A stretch of DNA of 64,000 nt. Origin: Octopus vulgaris (lineage: Eukaryota). Location of the stretch: assembly GCA_951406725.2 (NCBI GenBank), contig OX597814.1, positions 31,248,001 through 31,312,000 of the forward strand, read 5' to 3'. Position 1 is the stretch's first letter, and each line of letters starts with the position of its first letter. Position numbers and translations under genes: made by a program. Shown in pieces: positions 52,726 through 64,000 of this stretch. The notes below the pieces were generated by a model, which saw nothing but the letters and a program-made list of their open reading frames with translations, was not told the DNA's origin and searched no databases.

Positions 52726-54234
52726 AATTTCGTGAAAGTGAAAAATATAGCCGAAGTAGCGTAACAGCCATTTAAATAGAAATGGGGAAAACTACACGCA
52801 CATTGCAAAGAATTTAGATACATACGGATAAATCTTTCCACGAGGGGATATTTGTGGGGATTGGGTACATAAATATAATTTTTAACAATAGAAGTATTCT
52901 CATTAATTTGGTAATTCTTGAATTTAAAGCATCACTTTGAGTTGTATTAGATTACTTAGTTTCAAAAAACCCAGATTTAATGAGATTTTTTTGTACCATA
53001 AATAAGCTCAGAGTCCAGAAAGCTATTTCGTTAGCCATAATTTTGTTTTGGCCGAGAAAACATGCAAATGTTTTAGTGCTATGTCCGTCCAGCCTATAAT
53101 TTTTAAAAATATAATTATCAGTATAATAATTATTATTATTTGTAGTTGTGGCGGTGGTGATGGAGATGATGATAGTAGTACTAGTAGTAGTAGTAGTAGT
53201 AAATCTGAAATTGTGTAAGAAAATATCGTAATCAGAGTGGACAGTGTGTTGTTAATACGTGTAAGAAAAGTGAAAGAAAAGGCGAGTCTTTTATTTAGGA
53301 AATATAACATAAATCGCTAATGTGAAGTAAAGTAAAAATTTTATTAATGACGATGATTGATAGGAGGTCAGGCAAATGTTAACAAATTTTACATGGTGCT
53401 TAGTGAGCTTGTTAGCTGTTTATAAAGTTTCTTCGCTCCCATGCTGACCTGGAACTGATCAAGCTAAACATTCAAGTAACGTTGATATCATGACATTGGG
53501 TTGATGGCTTTCCTCTCCTATTTTGGCTCTAGCAACGGTCAAGTGATCAGCTATTATATACAGTTGGTAAATACAGAAAGAGAGATAACAGAGAATGAGT
53601 TAGAATCGTTTTGCACACCCTGGGCTTGAAATCATTCATGTAAAAACAAAAACGAAACCCAATTAGAAATGTTGTGTCTTAATATAATACTATGAAGATG
53701 ACTAGCACAATTGTAACTACGACTACTACTACATAATGCGAAATCGCCTCTAGTCAGTAGAACATCCATCAAGTGTTAGCAATATGACCTGCAAGGGATC
53801 GATCTTCACTATGGGCGTATTAACTCGTTTTCTAACATACACATATAACGTCACACTCGCATTTCTACACTCTGACATATCAATTCATACACACCCACAT
53901 GAACATGCACATGCACATCAATGTCTGTAAAATATTGAAGGTCATAGCTGGTCATTATTGAAGCTTGTTGAAGCAGAAAACTAACCAGAAGCCAACCATT
54001 AGAGTTTAACGGACGAGGTCAACCAGTGATCATTGCCGCAGGGCGAAACAATGTAAAGCATTTGTCGTGTACGATGCCACTAACCGTTATTAAATAATCT
54101 TACACCTTTTTCACAATACTGCCTGCGAGTTTTCACTAGATTCTAGTTCTTGCTTGCTTACTACATACTTGTATACACGTTGCATTGATTTCACTAATAA
54201 TTTCGACTGCCCAGTCACTTACATTACACGTATA

Positions 54235-54304
54235 ATATATATATATACACAGCCACATACATCCATAGATTCATACATGCATATACATATATACATATAT
54301 ACAA

Positions 54305-54378
<74 letters not shown>

Positions 54379-54537
54379 CATACATACATATATATATATA
54401 CATACATGTATATATATATATATACATTCATACACACACATATATATATATATATATATACATACATACATACACACATATATATATATACATATATATA
54501 CATACACATATATATACACATATATATATATACATAC

Positions 54538-54578
<41 letters not shown>

Positions 54579-54690
54579 TATATACACATATTCATACATA
54601 TATGCATATTTACACACATTGATATATGTAGACATATATATATATATATACACATGTGCATACACAGACACACATATATATGTATATAGT
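54235..54690. repeat. (TA)n/(CA)n compound microsatellite
   Basis: Directly visible. Confidence 0.95.
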
Positions 54691-54942
54691 GAAAAGAGGG
54701 AGTTGTAGAGGGGAGCCGATATTCCTATATATATGTGGAGACGATTAGATGTGTGTGCTCGTATCACACATCAATTGAAATGCACATACACAAGCTTTCT
54801 CATCTCACACACTTGAAGAGTTTCTCCCCAGGTATTTCACATAACACGTTCATAATCTAGAATATTACGCAGGCTGTGTTTTACAACTTTCAGTCATTAA
54901 GCATTTACATTTATTCTCCTGATATTCAAATAAATGAGTTAG

Positions 54943-54992
<50 letters not shown>

Positions 54993-55080
54993 CACGTACA
55001 CATTCACACACATAGAAATATATGACGTATGTTACATATATAATACGTACTGGTGTCTCTAGCACGAATATATATATATA

Positions 55081-55118
<38 letters not shown>

Positions 55119-56086
55119 GTGCGTGTGTATATACTCATAGATATATATGCACGCATGTATATATATTTACGTATATATGTATGTATACACACACACATAA
55201 GCTGCCTTGCTAATAGGAATAAGTGCATACACTTGCCAAATAAATTAATAGATATTTTACAGCTAAATATTTAAGTTATTAATGCCTTGTAATTTATAAA
55301 ACTATTTCTAACATTTAGTTTCAGGTTCTTTCGTATGATGTTCAGAGGAGACCAAAATCATCAAAGAGATTTGTTAACCTCTGAACTTACGTATTAATGT
55401 AGATGTGTGTATGTATGTATGTGTGTGTGGGGGGGGGAAGCTTGTTTCTGTTTAATTTTGTACATGGAATAACTTTGGAAGTAGTGGGCATATGCTGTTT
55501 GAAAGTAAAATTTTTGAAGACTGTGCTGTACAAACTAGTCTAACCTGTAATATCAGAAATGGTGCATAATAGTCACAATTACATTTGAAACCGAATAAGA
55601 AAATGATTTCTGCTTACTTACCTATCCCTAATTATTTACCTCTCCCCCTCACCTTTTGTCCTTCGCTTCTTTTCTCTCATACTTAATCACATCTATTTAC
55701 CTATCTATCTACTGCGTGGCTAATAAAGAAATCTATCTATCTATCGATATATCTATCTATTTATCTATCTATCCATACATGCAAGCATGCGTACATAAGT
55801 ATGTGTGTGGGTTTGTGGCAGCCTTCATGAAACGATCGATAGAATCCCAATTCAATGCAGAACTCAATAAATTGCAAACGGAAAGTATAGATTTACAAAT
55901 TTCGATTAAGATCTTGCAGCTAGCTACCTATTAAAGTTAGTTGTGGCAGTATCGCCAAATGCCAAAACATTTGGAAAATACATATTTCAGCAGCATAGGT
56001 CGAATTTACAAATAGCAGCAATTAGTTTCGTAAAACAAAAAGAAATAAATTAATGCTGGAAAGTATAATAAAAGCAAAGTAAATAA

Positions 56087-56472
56087 AACAAGAGCACTCA
56101 AGGCAACACCAATGTCCTCTCAACGATTAGTCGGAGATGATTTTTGAAAATGAGAATATCTGAAATAAACTCGACTGCTCTCACAAGCGAGAATACTAAA
56201 AATGAACCCGACCGCTATCAACACTTGAGTAAAAAAAACAAATAAAAACAAACAAACAAACAAACAAACAAAAAACAGGAAATTTAATCCAAAGTTCTTG
56301 TCCGTTACCTGATCGATCGCAAAATCTAATCAGTTCGAGCCAGTCACAAGGCCAAACTTCCCTGAAAGTTTCATCTGAATCCTTCCAGTGGTTCTTGAGA
56401 TATCTTGTTCACAGACAAACAAACAAACACCACTGATAAACAATACCTCCGCCTACGCTATGGCAAAGGTAA
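56087..56472 (-). mobile_element. HINE/DINE-like (Helentron-associated) non-autonomous element
   Basis: Terminal hairpin acctccgcc..ggcaaaggt (56445-56470) next to an (acaa)n microsatellite. The other end is aacaag in an A/T run. This architecture is typical of molluscan HINE-type elements. Confidence 0.6.
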
Positions 56473-56930
56473 CAAGTTCCTTCAGACGAAAAAATGTCAG
56501 TTATTTTCCATGTAAAAAAGAAGTAACAATTTAAAACTATGCATGAATATATAGTTATGAAGGTCTTACGAAAAGGAATCGTTATGACTCGTTATGAATC
56601 GTTTATAAATCGTTAGTTAACGTTTATAAAGTATATTTCGAAATCCGCAGAGTATAATACAGGTTATATAAGGGGATATAATTGTAACTCCCAAACACAT
56701 ACCAGTAACACTGTCATACATATTTTCACTATACACGTTGCACCAACTGTCAAAACATATTAAATAACAGATTTTTGCCAATGTTATGCATGAAGAATAT
56801 CTTAGATAATCAAATTTCAAATTCATATATATAAAATTAATAGTCACTTACATTAACTTTAAGACTTTATCATATCTATCTCGCTTAGTCATATGTATAT
56901 ATATGTGTATTTATGTTACTATCTGCGTAT

Positions 56931-56988
56931 ATTCCACTGATGAGGCAAAGCATTTCTTATGCATAACCAGAAATCCGGGATCTGGAAT
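56931..56988 (+). ncRNA. Type I hammerhead-ribozyme-like motif (best-formed in window)
   Basis: attcca-CTGATGA-ggcaaagcat(ttctt)atgcataacc-a-GAAA-tccggga-TC-tggaat: perfect 6-bp stem I, intact core boxes, AUC cleavage triplet and near-palindromic stem III. Confidence 0.65.
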
Positions 56989-57216
56989 TATCCAGTAATT
57001 TTTTGCTAGCTTATTTTGTCCATTTGTCTTCTCCCCTGGTGCAGTATGAACATTTAATGTGGTTTTAGAGTCAAGTTTTTGGCTGCTATTTCCAGCGTGG
57101 AGGTATCTCTTAGATACCCTAAATTATAATTTTAATAATAATTATTACCTTTGAAGGTTTTTATTCCCATGGTGGCAACTTCATAAGATCGATATTCAAA
57201 TTAACGATCTTATCGT

Positions 57217-57285
<69 letters not shown>

Positions 57286-57689
57286 GGATGAATGAATTAT
57301 CCTTTGTTTACCGTTAACATGGAAAATTCAATAAACAGTTACCAGGGTAGCAAAATTCACGCAAGTAACACGAATGAAGCGACGTATTCAAAGGTAGAAA
57401 CTCCGGGTTAATGTGCAGTAATTTGGGTAGTATAAGTAAATAAATGGAATTGAACGCAGATGTTATTAAAATTCTTTTACTTTCGACATTATTGGTATAA
57501 AATGCAATCTTCTCATCAGGAAAGAAAGAGAACAACAACAAGACATTATAACAATTGCGATGGCTGCATAAATGATAAGACCCGTTAGTAGATTCGACGT
57601 CAAAGGCAGATACTAGAAAGAGAAGGGTTAAAGAAATAATAAGTAGAGAACAAATAAAGAGGGATACGTTGGTTGCGAATTTTGTCATG

Positions 57690-58340
57690 AATAGTAAGTT
57701 GTAACAAAAAGCCAACGTGAAATTTTAGGTTGAATTTGGGGAGACTGCTACGCAGTCATTGGGTATGCTTCGGCAAGCTTACGACGACGAAATAGTGGAT
57801 CGAACGCAATGTTTCGAGTGGTACGGGCGCTCAAAATCTTCAAGGCCTTATAAGCTTCACGGCGCTTCAAAAGAACGTCCCTCGAAGATGATGAGCGATC
57901 TGGAACACCTGCCACGAGCGTCACCCCCGGAAATGTGCATAAGGGTCGTCGAAGGACAAACAAAACATTCTTAAGCATTTGAGGAAAAGTGACCGGAAGT
58001 GTGGAGCGCAAAGATCTGTATTCTTTACGACGACAATGCACCCAGTCAATGAGTTCTCCTCACTCGTTAATTTCTCTCTCAAAAAAAAAACATGGTACCA
58101 TTTCGTCACCCGCCCTATTCGTCAGTTTTTCATCTATTCACCAAGATGGAAAAGCAGCCCCAAGGTAGCCGTTTTGACACCGTTGTGGAGATCCAGTACG
58201 AATAGCAGAAGGTCGGTCCTCGATTCGCTTACGGAAAATGACTTCCAGGCTGGATTCCAAAAGTTGCAGGTACGCTGTGACCGGTGTATTGCTGCATAAA
58301 GTGACTATTTCGAAGAAGATGAGGTTCAAACTTAAATAAA
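57690..58340 (+). mobile_element. Internally deleted mariner transposase remnant
   Basis: N-terminal HTH (MLRQAYDD..DRTQCFEWY.R) and C-terminal KGSRF...DFQAGFQKLQVRCDRCIAA.SDYFE. Confidence 0.8.
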
Positions 58341-59305
58341 TAAGTTACTTTTTATTAAACGTAACTACTCGAGGTAGATTTTAATATAATCGCGTATATA
58401 AGTTCACTCAAAGAAAGAAATTATGCATAGCAGAAATCAGATGCTCAACAAATGTCAACATAACGTTATAGATTAATGTTAAGATAAATAAATCTATCCA
58501 CAACTGATGAGTAATATTCAGGTACTCCATCCGGAATATAGCTTTCATTTTCTATCTGTAATTATTGGAACTCTCGATTACGTGACTAATCGTCTTACGT
58601 GACTAAAACGTTGAAAAGCAGGGTTTCACAAAAGAACAAGGCTGATCAAGAGATTACAGCAACGAGCTATCAAAGGTACTGTCAAAATAGGAAAAAATGT
58701 TCAAGAAGTTTGGCATGTAATTAGATGCACAAGTCAATAATATCCATGCATGGCTAATGTGAGTATATATGCTCACATATATGTATATGCGTGCATGGAA
58801 ACTATATGCGTGTACATGCATGCATGCATATCAACATACAATCACACATATTTAGTGTTTGCTCTATCTTCACATATGATTGCCGTCTTTATGTGCTTCC
58901 TGTTTGTCAGTAGGATTTCTGACTGTCCGTCCATGACCTCCCAGATGATTATTCAGTCTGCATTGTTTGAGGTATAGGGGACTAACGGAAGTTGTGCACT
59001 TCCAACTGCTCAGGTCTGTACACGTTTCCCTCTTCTATCGGCATAACTCTTTCTGTACATGCAGTTTACAGTCATACCCAGGTTTATAAAACAAAATACC
59101 AGTGAAATGTTGGTGTCAATTGTGTTACCTTAGCCTTCCTCTCAAAATATTGACCAAGAAAAGCGAGGGGTCCTTCATACCAGGTCGTTTTACTGTGCTC
59201 CCAGAGACGAACCAAGGGTATTTCTGCCTACCCGTGCTCAGACGTATTGTCATCATTTTTTTAATAGTCATTTTACATGTTTAACTGCGACGGTGCCTTT
59301 ATATA

Positions 59306-60230
59306 GCAGGTTATTCCACAACTTCTTTCCGAATTTTGAATAAAGAAAACAAGTGTTCAAATGTTATGTTTAATTGAAATTTAATCATCAATGTACTTTC
59401 CCTGATAATCTTTGATTTCCTTCCATCTATTTACAAGCTTTTAAATCAATGTAAAACACTTTTGGTTTTAAAGTTAAGAACTCTGAAATGTCAGTTTCGA
59501 ACTCCTCCTGGCTTGCGAAAGTTATGTCCCCCAAATGATTCTGTAAACTACGAAACAACTGGTAGTCTGAAGGAGCAAGATCGGCAGAATAAGGTGGATG
59601 AGGAATTGTCACCAGTCACAAGTCTATCCAGAAAAGGTGAAATGAGTTCGCGGGAATGGAGAGTAGAGCAGATGTCAATTTGGGATTCACGGTTGCTTTC
59701 GGACAATTCATGAGGCACCCATTTTCCAAGTTTAGGAACCTTTCTAAGTTGTTGAAGATGAAGATGAACAGTTGTATGGTTTGAACTAAGCTTTATTGCC
59801 TATTCTTCGACTGATAATGCAGGATTTTCTCCAAGTAATGCCTCAAGGAGCTTATCATCAAACTCAAATTGACGTCCTGATCGATCTTCATCTGCAAGGC
59901 TGAAATCTCCACTTCTGAATTTTGCAAACCATCTTCTGCAATTTCTTTCATCCAAGCATTCTTACCCACAAACTGAGTGTATGTTTGGAGTCGCTTCGGC
60001 TGTAGAGTTTCCTTTTTTGTTCTCATAAAGCATTATGTGCCTCAAATGCTCTTTGGATACTTCCATGTAAGAAAGGATTCTATTATTCTGTAAAATAATA
60101 TTTAATTAGTTTAAATGTACACAAATGCATAAAAATATTTTTAAATTCCATCCAGCATTCTAAAATACTATTAAATTTTATTCAATTTTTAAAAAAGGTA
60201 AAATCGGACAGAACTTATGGGATGACCTGA
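59306..60230 (-). mobile_element. Internally deleted mariner with degenerate TIRs
   Basis: TIRs caggttattccacaacttctttccgaatttt and (reverse complement) caggtcatcccataagttctgtccgatttt. Motifs GKWVPHEL and PHPPYSADLAPSDYQLF. Confidence 0.88.
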
Positions 60231-60452
60231 TACAACCTGATTATGATATACAACTGCATCTAGTAGGCTCTGGTTTGGGATTTTCAGTGATTTGAGGAAT
60301 GTGTAACCATCTCTTAGCCCCTGTCGATCCGAGGTTTGCTCTCAGCGGAATTAATATCACCTGTCAGCGTCTCAGCTATGGCTTAACATTCATATATAAA
60401 ACGTGCATGCCTGCATATATACATATATACATACATATATATATATACATGC

Positions 60453-60745
60453 GTGGAGGCACAATGGCCTAGTGGTTAGGGCAGCGGACTCGCGGCCGTA
60501 GGATCGCGGTTTCGATTCCCAGACCGGGCGTTGTGAGTGTTTATTGAGCGAAAACACCTAAAAGCTCCACGAGGCTCCGGCAAGGGGTGGTGATCCCTGC
60601 TGTACTCTTTCACCAATCTTTCTCCCACTCTTTCTTCTGTTGGCCTGCTCGCTTAGCCAGCTGGGTGGCGTCATTCGAAGACTAAAGCAATGCGAACGCA
60701 TTGTGACCAGCGATGTGTAACTACATCTGATGGACTGGTGATGAT
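60453..60745 (+). mobile_element. SINE family C, tail variant 3
   Basis: Head nearly identical to the 51253(-) copy for ~180 nt, then a different 3' body. Confidence 0.88.
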
Positions 60746-61479
60746 ATATACATGCATGCATACATACATACGCACGTACACACACACATATACATACATG
60801 CCTGCAAGCATACACACGTACATACATACATACATACACACACACATGTGCACATATATATCAAAAGAGAGAGTAGGAATTCTATTTCCTGCCCCTGTTT
60901 CTTTCTCTCTCCACGCGTGTATGAGTATGTGTATGTGTTTGTGTGTGTGGGTGTGGGTGCGCGCGTGCGTGTACATGTTAATGTTTGTTTTCACTCTAGT
61001 TTGTCATTATACTACTGTAAAATCGTTCTTTCAATGACGACTTCTTTAAACACGTAAAACCTCTACAGTATTTTCCCAATGACTAACCTTATAAGATGTT
61101 ACTATCCTAGAATTTCCGAGTTGTGTGCACATATCAATTATCAACCACATCATGTGGTTGAAATGAAACTAATTTCTATCTTTTACTATTCAATAAATGT
61201 TTGCCAAAAAAAAAAATTGCTTTTTTCTATCACGTATTTGTTGAAAACCCATCAGCAACTGCACTAAAAGCAAGCATCTAGTAACTGTTAAATGCCTGTC
61301 TTTGTTACGACATGCTTCATCCAATGTTTTGCTAACCATGTTTTCATTCGTTCGAAGACTGATTTTTCTATATATATATATTTTTAATTTTTATTTATGT
61401 TTTTGTATTCACAGTTCATAGAAAACTATTCAAGTATTCTATTTAAGTTTTAGTCACTAGCAAAACAACCGCCCTTCAG

Positions 61480-61750
61480 AACATTTTGATGTGTCCATAC
61501 AAATGCTTATTCAAAGCGCAAAAGTTTGAAGATGTGTGTGCAATGTGTGTAGCAAAGTGTTTCATACCCCGAAACATCGACGCCTGAAAGTTTCATCAAT
61601 GTGGTGACAGCTATTCTCGTGCAACAATAGAATATCTTGTTACAATACTTTTACACTATCGATTTTCTAACAGTGGCTAGGACTTATCACGCATCATCTT
61701 AGTGTATTGAATTCTGTTTACGATTCCATCATTTTTTCCATATGTTGCTT
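61480..61750 (-). mobile_element. Weak mariner-like DDE fragment
   Basis: Minus-strand ILLLHENSCHH resembles LLLHDNARPH. Confidence 0.35.
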
Positions 61751-62018
61751 AAGGACTTAGGTATGCTAATCCAAGAGAACTGCTGGCGTACGTATTTCGA
61801 TTATTATTCGGTGTATTTTTTTTTTGTATTGACTGTAATAAAGGGTATCAGATGTTCTCATTACACATTACAATGTTCCAAAAATAGGCAGACAATCAGG
61901 ACCAGTGACTTAGCTAAACTTGCTCACGAAAACAGTAATTTGATCAAAATCAATCGCACAAATGCTCGGTCACAAATAAAATCACCGAAACGCAACAGTA
62001 TATTTTAACTTAGCTATA

Positions 62019-62559
62019 CCAGGGTTGGACAAAATAATGGAAACACCTAGTATCATAGCATCGTGATTTTGCAATATCTATAAAACCGTCAAAAGCTTGT
62101 TTATTTTTATGTTTTTATGATTTAATATTAGTGTTACCTAACATGTTTTGCTAAAGTTGCAGTTTTTCTTTTCAGATATCATCAGCAAAAGGTAATTAAA
62201 ATTCATTAAAATGACGGATCTAATAGACTTTCAAAGAGGTGAAATTGTTGGTGCTCGTATGACAGACACTAGCGTAACGGAAACAGAAGAAATGTTTGGT
62301 GTATCAAGAAGTACTGTTTCAAAAGTAATGGCAGCCTTTGAGAAAGAGGGAAAAACCTCCTCGCCGAAACAAAACTCCGGAAAAAACCCCAAACTTTCAG
62401 ATAGGGACCGTCGGACACTTACGCAAATTGTTAGAAAGGATCACAAAAGTATAGCTCCTACAATTACTGCAGAGCTTAATGACAACATCGAGAAGCTAGT
62501 TTCCACAAAATAATGTTCACCGGGAGCTGCACAAAGCTGGATTTCACGGGAGGACTGCA

Positions 62560-62560
<1 letters not shown>
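62019..62560 (+). mobile_element. Tc1-like element, 5' part
   Basis: TA then TIR-like ccagggttggacaaaataatggaaacacc. The ORF from 62211 encodes a paired-like HTH (DFQRGEIVGAR..SVTET..FGVSRSTVSKV..GK.PKLSDRDRR). Truncated at (TA)n. Confidence 0.88.
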
Positions 62561-62620
<60 letters not shown>

Positions 62621-62621
<1 letters not shown>

Positions 62622-62875
62622 TCTTACTCTTTTACTTGTTTCAGTCATTTGACTGCGGCCATGCTGGAGCACTGCCTTTGGTCAAGCACATCGACCACAG
62701 GACTTATTCTTTGCAAGCCTAGTACATATTCTATCGGCCTCTTTTGGTCGAACCGCTAAGTTACGAGGACGCCAACTCACCAACATCGGTTTTCAAGCTA
62801 TGTTGGGGGACAAACACAGACGCACAAACATATGCACACACGTACATATATATATATATTCATATATATATATAT
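62621..62875 (-). mobile_element. SINE family A 3' half, interrupted at its internal microsatellite by the LINE
   Basis: Reverse complement of the family A tail and body. Confidence 0.85.
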
Positions 62876-64000
62876 GATTTTGATTTTGATTTGATTTTGA
62901 TTTTTCCAGTTTCAGCTTATGAGCTGTGGCCATGCTGGGGCACCGCCATTTGGTGTTGCTACTTGGTTTCACTTCATGAAGGCTTTCTAGCAGCTTCTAT
63001 TTGGTGCATGAGAGAGTTCGATGCAGCTGCCCTCATCTGCCCCTCCTGCCGTGAAGTTGGTTCATCTGGGACACCTGACAGGAAGAGATCCAGCTTCATT
63101 TTAAAGACATCTGTATCCACCCCATGCAGGTCTCTCAGGTTCTTCGGGAGGATATTGAAGAGCTGTGGGCCTCGGAAACCCAGGCTATCACAGAATCTTG
63201 TCCTACATCTTGATGGCAAGTTTGGAGTCCTAGGCACCACGCAGTGGCGCCCAGTTCTGGCATTTGCGTAACTCTCGATGCCAAAGTTCAGGACACTTCC
63301 CTCCAGGATCTTCCAGATGTATATTATGGCATATCTTTCCCGCCTACGCTCCAGGGAATATAATTTTAATTTCCTGAGTCTTTCCCAGTAGCTTACATTC
63401 TGCATAGAGGCTATCTTCTTCGTGTAGCTACGTTGGATCGCCTCGAGCTCTGTGATCAACTTGACACTGGATGGTGACCATAACTGAGAGCAGTAGTCAA
63501 AGTGGCTTAGGACAAGTGTCCTCCAGAGGACCATCATGGTTTCTTGTTCTCTTGTTCTAAAGGTTCTGAGGATCCATCCGGCCAGTCGTCTACATTTCAT
63601 TGCCAATTTAGCAACATGTACACGAAAGGTCGCGTCATCACTCATGTAAATACCCAGGTCACGCACTGATTGTGCCTCTGGGATTGCTATTCCTCCGGGT
63701 CCAGTGTATTCATTGGGTATTGCATTTAGTTTTGCATGCTGATAGTATAGAGCTTGAAACTTTTCAGCATTGAACTGCATGCTATTCTTTTCGGCCCACT
63801 TGTATATTTTGTCTAGCTCACATTGCAGGTGTTTAGTGTCCTCAGGGTTCTGTATTGCCTGTGAAACTTTTGTATCATCTGCATAACTTGTGATCGTGGC
63901 CCTCTGCGTGGCTGAGGGCATGTCTGAGAGGGTCATTATGAACAGTAGTGGTCCCAGAACAGTGCCCTGCGGAACACCGCTCACTATTTGCGTGTTAATG
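62876..64000 (-). mobile_element. CR1/L2-like (jockey group) LINE 3' part with uninterrupted RT ORF and (AAAATC)n tail
   Basis: ORF open from the window edge to the stop at 62974: SGVPQGTVLGPLLF, YADDTK, QFNAEKF, VRDLGI, DYCSQLWSP, SLERRR. Short 3'UTR and hexamer tail. Confidence 0.93.

Noticed and set aside
58500-58560. CTGATGA followed by a hairpin as another hammerhead
   Set aside because: No GAAA box or stem III after the hairpin.
60453-60530. tRNA-like sequence as a genuine tRNA gene (also 19014 and 51180-51253)
   Set aside because: It continues into a multicopy SINE body, one copy has a TSD, and there is no proper acceptor stem or terminator.

Overview
AT-rich eukaryotic DNA saturated with microsatellites and transposon relics. 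The SINE repertoire and repeat landscape strongly suggest an octopus (cephalopod) genome; this is an inference. Almost every ORF in the supplied track is a microsatellite or transposon artefact. Supported content: (i) three families of tRNA-derived SINEs in many copies; (ii) R4/Dong-like (RT plus restriction-like endonuclease), RTE-like and CR1/L2-like LINE fragments, the last with an intact ORF running off the window end; (iii) one full-length and several partial mariner/Tc1 elements; (iv) two non-autonomous Helitrons and one HINE-like element; (v) two 5S rRNA pseudogenes; (vi) four small, phase-compatible + strand exons (371-36819) that splice into a plausible C-terminus of a divergent RGS-like protein ending in CAC*. 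The most unusual signal is about 9 minimal hammerhead-ribozyme-like motifs from several Penelope-like families. Several of these lie in fold-back palindromes embedded in (TA)n tracts (1.15 kb at 8767-9913, 244 bp at 21708-21951). Also notable are a SINE/LINE pair sharing a covarying 3' stem-loop and a head-to-head SINE pair whose target-site duplications are 1 bp apart. No database searches were run.
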